64,000 nucleotides of DNA. Source: the human T2T-CHM13v2.0 reference genome, Homo sapiens. The notes under the pieces were generated by a model, which was given only the letters and a program-made list of their open reading frames with translations, did not search any database and was not told where the DNA came from. The stretch lies in NCBI RefSeq assembly GCF_009914755.1, contig NC_060942.1; one strand, given 5' to 3'. Shown here in pieces: positions 54,069 through 64,000 of the stretch (the first letter of the stretch is position 1; every line of letters starts with the position of its first letter). The translations under genes and the position numbers were made by a program.

Positions 54069-55547
54069 AGTGTTAGTTAGTCACACGTAGCTTATGGGGG
54101 ACAGTGCACCCCAGTGAGGCCACCTCGAGAATCGTCTGCAGCAGTGACTGATGTTCGGCGTAAGGAAGTGCACATTAAGATATCTACTCGGATAATGTAT
54201 TTGTCACAGCAGATTCTTAACATGTTTTTATTTGTGATGAGACTTGAACCAGCCTAATATTTAGGTTTAAAGTCTCTAACAAAACTAAGATTCTTCCCTG
54301 CTGTACACACCCTACCCTGTTGAAAGTGCTCTGGCAAGTGAGACATCATGATGTACAGAAAGGACACTAGTTTGCCTACAAACTGTTTTGTCATTTTAGA
54401 GTTCATCATTATCATCATCATTATTACTACCATTATTTAATTTTCATCTTGGTTCATTTGTTTTTGATTATTTTTCCTTTTCTTTCAGTTGCTATACTGC
54501 TTCACTGTGACCTGCCACTACCCATGTTATTGATTAGTGGGATGCAAATCTAGTAGTATCTCTAAAAATTCCCTTGTGGAAAAGTTAATTTGTTGGAAGT
54601 TATAAGTAAATTATAAATTTCTAGTCTACCTGAACAAACATAAATAGAAAGAATGAATAGATTCGTATTCATATTTGTGCACCACATTTTCCTGTCTTAT
54701 GGCAGTGTAGTAGTATCTTGGCTCACTGTGATAAAAATTACCAGGGACTTATTTCCATTTCCGCACACTGCCACAGCTCATGACAATTTGCATGCAGTTA
54801 GGACTCAAATATGAAATTTAACTTTTTCTCCAATTATAATTTTATGGCCATATTTTGTATATAGATATATTTTTTAATGAGATAACATGCTAGATACTAC
54901 TAGTTTTATAAGGTTATTACCTTGAGGCAATTACTTTAAAATATACACTAACATTTTTAGGCCACTTGTCTATAATTTAACACTTTTTTATATACCATAT
55001 CATATTTGGAGTGCTAAATTTTACAAATGGGAGAAACTAAAGTCCATAGAGTTTTTAACCTTTTAAGGTCACACACTGATTTGTGGCCAGCCTCCCAAAT
55101 AAAGACCAAGTCCTTTAATTGACTAACCATCACTCTCATCTTTATTCATGTCTAGCCACTTTTGATAACCAAGGACATAAAAATATTTCATATAATCTCC
55201 ACAATGCATGTATATATGCATATATATATCAATACCCTATTTAGTTACGTTTCTATATTTCATATGTAAACATATTTCATACAGTTAAATATGATACTGA
55301 CATATTTATTGATGTATTAGGCATTTACATGTGCGTATCCATTAGATATATGTCTGTGTGTGTATAAATACTGCCATTACTGGCTTGATTTAGAATTAGT
55401 TTTATGGTGTCCTTTCACTTGAATTAAGAAATATTTTAAATTGCATTTTATCACTTTGTACAGATTAAGATTCTTGCCTTCTCCTTCCTTCCTTCTTTAC
55501 CTCTTTCATCCTTTCCCTTTGGGAAAATTTGTTGAAAATGCAAATGT

Positions 55548-56147
<600 letters not shown>

Positions 56148-58251
56148 TTAAATGTTGCCGTATTCTTGTGCTGATTCTTCTGTAAACCAAAAGTCCTTTT
56201 GAATGTCTGTCCCAATTATTTCCAGGTTCTAGTTGAATACTTCATTTGATTTAGCATATCTGGTACTTTTCTTAATGGAGAATTAAAACAGAAAACATTC
56301 TCAGGAAACAAATGCATTAAAGTCCCATCTATTTTAGGATACTAGTTACAATGTCTTAAATGAGTGAGTGTACTCATGACCCTTTGTGACTTTGCCCCTG
56401 AGTTTCATTTTGAATGGCAGTTCAACAACCCTTGCTAGCATTTGCAACTCGAAAGTAATTAACTGCTCTTTCAGTCTGGCTACATAAATGCCTTAGGATG
56501 TACCATAAAAGGCCCATTTCATGTCTCGGTTCAAGGAATCGCCTAATGATATGAATTGATGTTAAATCATTGTGAGTTAAGGCAGAGCTGTTTAAAGAAA
56601 TGAAAAACCAGCACAAAGTTTCAGTTTATAAACAACAGGAACAATATTTTAGTAAATTTACATTATGTTTGTAGTCTCTGAAGGAAAATTCATTCACAGT
56701 TTTGTGTCTTATTTTGACTTAGTCGAGTGAGATTTCCCCAGCAATTGTAAAAAGTCAGTATGACTTATCCCACCTTGAATATAAAAAAGAACTAAGACAA
56801 CCAACTCAACAAAGGGAACCAATGTTGCTGGTTTTTAGCTGGTCTAGGAGTTTACCCGGTATCAGCTCAGGTGCAAACCTCATGTGGTGCTAGCTTCTCT
56901 GAGGTCCTCTGCAGCAGGGAACATGGCTGTGATCGATTAGCTATGTCTGCCATGCAAGAGGATGCAAGAGGGTAGCAGAAATTTCAGCAAGCAAGCCAGC
57001 ATTCCAGTAATAGGATATAGCGGATTTTATTTTTCCGTGCATTTGTATGAGCAAAATGAGGAGTTAAAAACAGAACATGCCAAAAAGGCACAAACCACCC
57101 ATAGATACAGTCTTGAAAAAAATCACTAGATTTATGTTTTTCTGAGAGGGAGATTTATGCCGGTAGAAATACGTTGTTTTGTACAATGATCTCATTTATC
57201 ATGTGTGGTATCACCCACAGTGGCATCGGCATGTGGAATACCTTCATTTGGTGCCTAGAGAGCCTTTCAACGGGCATCTAACTAATATACTGGGAGTACT
57301 ATTTATGATAAGATTGACAATGATATAGGAAAGAGTCGGTCTCAGATTTTAAACAAAGAGAGGGACTTTCTTGGGTTGTAAAGTGTGTTTGCTAGTGATT
57401 TCTTAGTTTTATCAAGCTGTGCATGGTATGTTTTTTGCTTCAGAGCTTTCCTTTCTATTCACTGCTTTAGTAAGACTTACTACTGGAAGTTCCCTGAATG
57501 GCAGCAGTGGTGGACTTCATTATCCAGAATGCTCGATTCTCCTGTAGCAAAATGAATCCATTGTGATAGTTATTTTGGAAAATGAGTCATCCTGGAAATG
57601 TATTTTTGATGAGATAAACTGTAATTTCAGGCATGTTTTTAAAGTGGTGATACCTTTGGAATATAAATATAAGGAAACAATTTAATGATATAAGAACTAA
57701 TACCTTTGATGATTTTGAAGACATTCTCAATAAGGAGATTAACAATGAATGCTTCCTAGAGCTTAAATACTACTACTTGAGAGAACTTTTACCAGTTAAC
57801 TTTAGTGGAAAAAAAAAATCCTTTGATATCTGTGTAACTGACTCACTGTAATGAGTGGGCTTACTCATTCAAGATATTGTAATTAGTATCCTAAAACAGG
57901 CATCACTTTAATGCATTTTTGTCTTGAGAATATTTTCTGTATTCACCATTACAAAAAGTATCAGATATGCTAATTTGCATATGCTATGCACGGTGGTTGG
58001 TGTCCTAAAACAAATTAGGGTTATGCCTACTTGAATAAGCTTATGTGTTTAAAGATGGTTTATTTCACAACTTTGAATGCTATGAAAATCTTTTTCAACA
58101 TACTTTTTCTTGTTAACCCAAACAAAATTTTTCTCATCAATTTATTCCTGAAATTTTATTATCTTCTACATTTTAATAATTGATGCATGTTTAGCTCTTT
58201 TAAGACTGAAGACAAAGCATCTGAAAGACAGCTTTCTGGTTTGTCTTTCAG

Positions 58252-58545
58252 AACCACCCGTTCCTATTGCCCCACCTCAGCTCGCCTCTGTAGGAGCCAC
58301 CTACCTGTGGATACAGCTCAACGCCAACTCCATCAATGGGGATGGGCCCATTGTGGCCCGAGAGGTGGAGTACTGCACGGCCAGTGGGAGCTGGAATGAC
58401 CGGCAGCCAGTCGATTCCACGAGCTATAAAATTGGACACCTTGACCCAGATACAGAATATGAGATTAGTGTGCTCCTGACCAGGCCAGGGGAGGGTGGCA
58501 CTGGCTCTCCTGGTCCAGCTCTCAGGACAAGAACAAAGTGTGCTG
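58252..58545 (+). CDS. PTPRM: PTPRM coding exon (probably exon 7), first fibronectin type III repeat: (E)[40 protein letters not shown]...[36 protein letters not shown]
   Basis: ttgtctttcag acceptor, donor CTG|gtgagt; 294 bp, phase 1 to 1; FN3 L-x-P-x-T-x-Y motif (LDPDTEY). Confidence 0.97.
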
Positions 58546-60849
58546 GTGAGTATAAGGAACCCTGCAATTAATTGTCATTGTCTTTCCTGGTGTTGACTGG
58601 CAGCACTGGGGTTGATCAGATGCCTAGCACGCTTCCCCTAGCTCTATCAAAACCTGCATATGAACAGAAAATGCCCTTAGCCTGTGAATAGTCAGCTAAC
58701 AGCTTGTGAACTTGGGGACCAGTAACCTCCAGGCTTGGTATTTCTCAGCCTGCCCCCACCCTTTTTCCTATTGTTAATTTACTTCTTACTCTGAGTACCA
58801 CATTGTTCATATAGGAATTGTCTGTGAAGTTTACAGAAACTGTCTACTCTAATGATGTCCTCTAATAGGTCAGACTCTCTTACTTGGGCCCCTTTGTTTT
58901 ATGTTCATAGTTAATGTGCCAGCAGCCTGGAGGGGCTCTGGAATAACAGATTCCATCTTAGAGATAGCCTTAAAGATGTGTTTTCATTGATGAGTGTTTA
59001 ATGGAGGGTCTGCTGGCGAATGACTTGGGCCTGTTTGTATCATAAGCAAGAGTGATTTGTGTGCTGGGTGCAGTCTTTAGTTTCTTAGATTATAAATTTC
59101 TAATTGTGCTAAACCCATTCCGCAACTTAAGTAAAAGTAGGGTTAATGGAGAGAGAAGTGTAAAATCTTCCAAAAATCAAAACCTGAATGAAGCTCCCCA
59201 ATTAGAGATTGTAGTGTTGTTTCCGTATGGCTACTCTGTGGTAGGAAGCAGAGAGAAACAGTATATTGGGATATTTAAGTGCTCTTTTGTCTTGTAAATG
59301 AGGAATTTCTGTGTTGAATTGTGTGCTGAGATGAGGAGATTCCATAAATTGTTATGGTGTTAGTTAATTATTCAGATAGCATTAGATAAGAATACATTTA
59401 TCAATGTTTCATTTCTTTCTTAAGTTTTAAAAATGCTTAGCATAGTCAGATTCTATCTGGTAGGAGTAAGAGAAATTATTAAACCTTAACCATTGTAGCT
59501 GGTTTTTAAATTTTTTCTTCATAATTTGTATTATACTGTTTCCACAAGTTCAATACTCATGGAAAATTCTGTATTTTAAAAAAGACTTTTGTTAGAAAAG
59601 GGAACAGGTACTTTTTTCTTCTGGGGATACATGCTATTGAGTACAGGGACTGGCCTGGGTTAGTAGACTGTGTACTTTGCTGTTTTGTACATCTTTCATC
59701 TGTTTCTCAGACCCCACATCTGTATCCTCGTGGCACCTTTGTGCAGGCAGTCTGGTCCCTGGAATAAGACCTGCTGTTTTGATTTGGTGATTCCCACAGC
59801 CCTGAGTGGTGGCTCTAAGGAGAAAGGAGAATTTCCCAATCCTTTCTCTTCCTGTCTTCTTTAAACCTCGTCATCTCCTCTATTTAGTTGAATAAATTCC
59901 ATCATTGTTGTAAAAGTTTTATCTTACCATTTGTTGCAATGCAAACAATAGCTATGGATAATACTGCCTATATCATTTGACAAGATAGGCATTGCTTTCA
60001 AATCTGTTATTTTACCACTGCCTTATGAATTCTCCAGGGCAGGTTCTTTGATCCCCATAATACAGATGGTGAAAGTGAAGCCCGTGTGAGCTCCTTTCTA
60101 CTTCTAAGCTCACTCTGTAAGAAGTAAGTTTAGTGTTATTTCACTTTAGTGTTAAGAATTCCTGTTTTGGGCATGGCAATATATGGTTTCTCTCTCTCTC
60201 CAAAAGCAGGTTAGAATTTCATTGTTTAGACTGGAGAGAGACTGTGATCTGTTTCAATTCTAGTCACTAGCAGCCCCACCTACATAATGTTTCCAGTCCT
60301 GTTCTTTTTTTTTTTTTTACACATTTTTGCCTTTTCTTTTGGTTTTGTGTCTGTACATCTCAGCTATTGACACATTGCTGTATATATATCCACTGATTAT
60401 AATGCATGTGTCTGTGTTTTCAGGAAGCCTTTTGATGCTGCTGCATAATGTGTAAATGGATAATGCTCAAAGAGACAAATTACCTTTTAATAATAGATTG
60501 ACAGTTATTTTTAAGAAATGAAAACCAATTTTGAATTGATATTTGTAGGCCCACACTGTGCCTCAATGTATGAAACCTCACCTAAACCAGGAAGCCTAAT
60601 GACGATGCGCCCTTTCCTCTTAACTGTTTGCAGCCTGCAGTTGGCACTGTTCGTGATGCATGGTCTGGTTGTGCCCTGTGCTGGCATGGAGTCACCCTTA
60701 GAAAATGGAGAGAGATATGTTAGGTGAAAGGGTCAAAGTTAGAAAGAAGAGGGGAAGGCATGTTAGGTGGGTGAGGAAAGTGAAAGGTGAGGAAAGTGAA
60801 GTCAAATGAGACTTTTTGCTATAGGAAGAAATATGGTTCACCCTTTCTT

Positions 60850-61760
60850 GACCTGGGGTTTTGAGAAAATCTGCAGGTAATATCAGTAATCACTGATTAT
60901 GATCAGTGTGGAATTTTGGGAAGCAGGAGCAAGTTAAAGGGAAACGTGTGCTGTAAATTATAGACTGAAAGTTTGGTATCAGTCCCAAAGTATTATTCAG
61001 ATGGTTTGTGAGCATTTAGAGTACCTAAAGAGCAAATCATGGATTTCATAAACATGGGAGAGACTAGAAGCATTCTGCAGCAATAAGTGGAAAACATCCT
61101 TGGCCAGGGGCAAATGGTTGATGAATCTAACAGGGTGATAAGTAATAGGAATAAATCTAAATCCTTCCTGTATGGTTCAAAAAAGCCAAGAGTACTGGCT
61201 TGGAATTAGAGTAATACAATTTAGCAGCAATATGTATGAAGAAGAGATTGAGGATTTGGCTTCAATGCAAATGAATCTACAATATCATCCATCTTGTATA
61301 AATTATCCCTGTGATGTTAGTGCCTCACCATCCCCTGCAAAAAAAAAAAAAAAAAAATCCTAAAATAATCTTAGGTTGCATCAGGAAAGCAAAATGCCCA
61401 TATTGAAGGAGGTGATAGCCTTACTCTACCAGTGCTGTTTAGGCTTCTCATAATTCTCACATTTATTTCTAGTTCCTGCTTTTTAAGAGAGACAGCACAA
61501 AATAGATTTTGCCCATGGGGAGAGCAATCAGGATAGGAAAGGATGTGGAACCTTTCTTAACTAATGAGGAATGGTGGAAAGAACTGAGAAGGGGATGGGG
61601 AGGAAAGGGCACCTGTGTAAACTCGACAAGATCTGAGTGAGTTTCTTGTGGCTGATTTGTTCAAGCATAACCTGACATGGTAGAAATTGATTTCTATATT
61701 CAGAAGAGGATTGAGCTGGTTGACCTTGAAGATCTCTTCAGTATGAAATTCTATGATTCA
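60850..61760 (+). mobile_element. L3/CR1 LINE relic including 3' end
   Basis: aatcttaggttgcatcaggaaagc...gaaggaggtgatagccttactctac; terminal attctatgattc is typical of CR1 3' ends; 5' boundary uncertain. Confidence 0.65.
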
Positions 61761-62069
61761 TTTCTTGTTTGCTTTCTGATGAGATGATCCACCGGATATT
61801 TCTACCCTGAAAGCCTTTCAGTTTCATTTTTATTTCATCCTTGTCTAAATACTCCATAATCATGCTTATCAAGTACTATTCTTTGGGCAGTGAAGGTCTG
61901 CTATTACATTTCCAAAAATCCGAGCAAAGGGGGAGAACGTATAAGTTTTTATTACAGTGAAGTAAAATAAATTTGAAGGACTGACTCACTCTGAGATTTC
62001 CTGCCTGGGTTTTGTGCTAAAACATCACTTCAGTTCTTGAAATAATAGTGCTTTTGGGTGCTAGAGCCA

Positions 62070-62330
62070 GAGTCAGCGGTTGAGAACACAGGCTCTGGGA
62101 GCAGCTACCTGAGTTTTAGTGTTGGCTCTGCCTGGCACTAGACATAGGACTAGAGAAAAACTGCTAACCCTCTCTGGGCCTGAGTTGCCTTATCTATAAA
62201 ACAGAGGTGATGATAATAATAATATGTGTTTCATTGTTTTGTTGTGAGCCTTAATGAGCTACTGAATATCAGTTGCCTAGAACAAACTCTTACATATAGC
62301 ATGTGGTCAATCAGAGTTAACTACCATTTA
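62070..62330 (+). mobile_element. MIR
   Basis: ggttgagaacacaggctctgg...taaccctctctgggcctgagttgccttatctataaaacagagg. Confidence 0.75.
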
Positions 62331-63577
62331 ATAAATTTTTGTCTTTTAATATTTTCATTCAGAAGAATTAGACACTGGCTACCTCATTACCCAATGTTTT
62401 AGAAATATTGCTTATCTGGGAAATCTAAAATCTGAGAACCATGATTTCTATTGTGGGCTCATAGAATTCTTTGCAGTTGTGCATTATGTTCTCATCTGTT
62501 AAATCTGTTTATTTTGGCCAAGCTCTGTGTTTTCGTTTCTGTGCTGCATCAGTGACACCTGTCCTATCATTTTTTGGTGACACCCATGAAACTGTATTTA
62601 GCTTCTTGTATTAAAATGGCAAGATCACTATTTATTACCCATCATTCCTGTGTGGCTTGTAGACACAGTCTCATTACCTGGTTGGATTTCTGCAAGGATT
62701 GTATTGTAACACACTTCCAAAACTCTTGCTTCTTATGCTTCTGAAAATTATTTCCAAATATATGCACAAGCTCTCCATGCAAGACCTTGATCCAATCACA
62801 TAGCTTCCCTGATTCCACATCTTCATCTCTAATTTGGGGCAGCAACACCTGCCCTGACTGTATCAGTGGTGTTTTTGAAGATCAGGGTAGATTTTATCTG
62901 TAAAGACATTTTTCAAAGTGATAAAATGCCCTGTCAATATGGGTTATTGTAAAAAGTGATTATAGTCAAGCTACCTTCAAGCTTTATATACATATCCAGT
63001 TGTTTTCCAACTTTGCAGTTCAGCTATAGTTGGGTAACTTCAGAGAGTTAAAATTACTTCAGCATCCAGTTAAACAAAATGCAATTTAGTTTGTGATTTC
63101 TAATGTATCCTATATTCTCAAATTATGTGCAGCCTGTATATCATAAGCCATTGAATAGTAGCTACTTGAAACAGAGAAATGGGTGATGTTGTTAGATTAA
63201 TTTTCACAGTGGGCTTTTTTATGTGTTTTATTTGGAGATACTTCTTTTTATGTATTCTGGTTATTGGTTATTAACTGTGGTTAAGTGACTTGCCAATAAC
63301 TGGCCCCAGGAGCTAACGAAGGATTATTATAAACTAATGACTAAACAATTAAGATTGGTGAGAGTGAAGCAAAGCTTAATTAAAATGTGTCCTTTAGCAT
63401 TAATATACCTAAAAATATTTGAAACAATAATGATTGCACCTTAAAAAATTATCCATAAGATGCATATTGAGCATCCGTATTTGCCGGGCACTATTCCAAG
63501 CCCTGCCAGTAGAGTGACAAGATTTCTGTCTTCAGAACTTATATATTTTGGGGTACTGGAGGAAGGGAGTATATAGG

Positions 63578-63581
<4 letters not shown>

Positions 63582-63637
<56 letters not shown>
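63582..63637. repeat. (TA)n(CA)n compound microsatellite
   Basis: Read directly from the sequence. Confidence 0.95.
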
Positions 63638-63640
<3 letters not shown>

Positions 63641-63641
63641 T

Positions 63642-63940
<299 letters not shown>

Positions 63941-64000
63941 TCAGATAAATGATAAATGTTATGAAGAAAAATAGAAGAAGGGATAGAGAATAGAGAGGTA

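Overview
This is primate, almost certainly human, genomic DNA from inside a large gene on the + strand. Four coding exons (9624-9702, 29703-29818, 52312-52486, 58252-58545) splice in frame through canonical AG/GT sites. They encode the end of a MAM domain, an Ig domain and the first FN3 repeat of receptor tyrosine phosphatase mu (PTPRM, probably exons 4-7). The other ~99% is intron, filled with Alus, old L1s, solo LTRs (MER51A, MER52D, MER39, MST/MLT1), DNA-transposon MITEs, MIR/L2/CR1 relics and microsatellites. Nearly all ORFs in the supplied track are spurious. I found no evidence of a new protein-coding system. The most notable observations are: (1) a probable AmnSINE1 (Deu-domain) relic at ~11.9 kb, from a family known for exapted enhancers; (2) an L1 with two internal template-switch scars, an ~80-bp inverted self-copy from 2.7 kb away and a micro-inversion at a deletion junction; (3) a sharp switch in Alu orientation at ~34 kb that could favour dsRNA formation and back-splicing; (4) two Alus inserted sequentially at the same target site. 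Repeat subfamily names come from recalled consensus sequences, not a database search.
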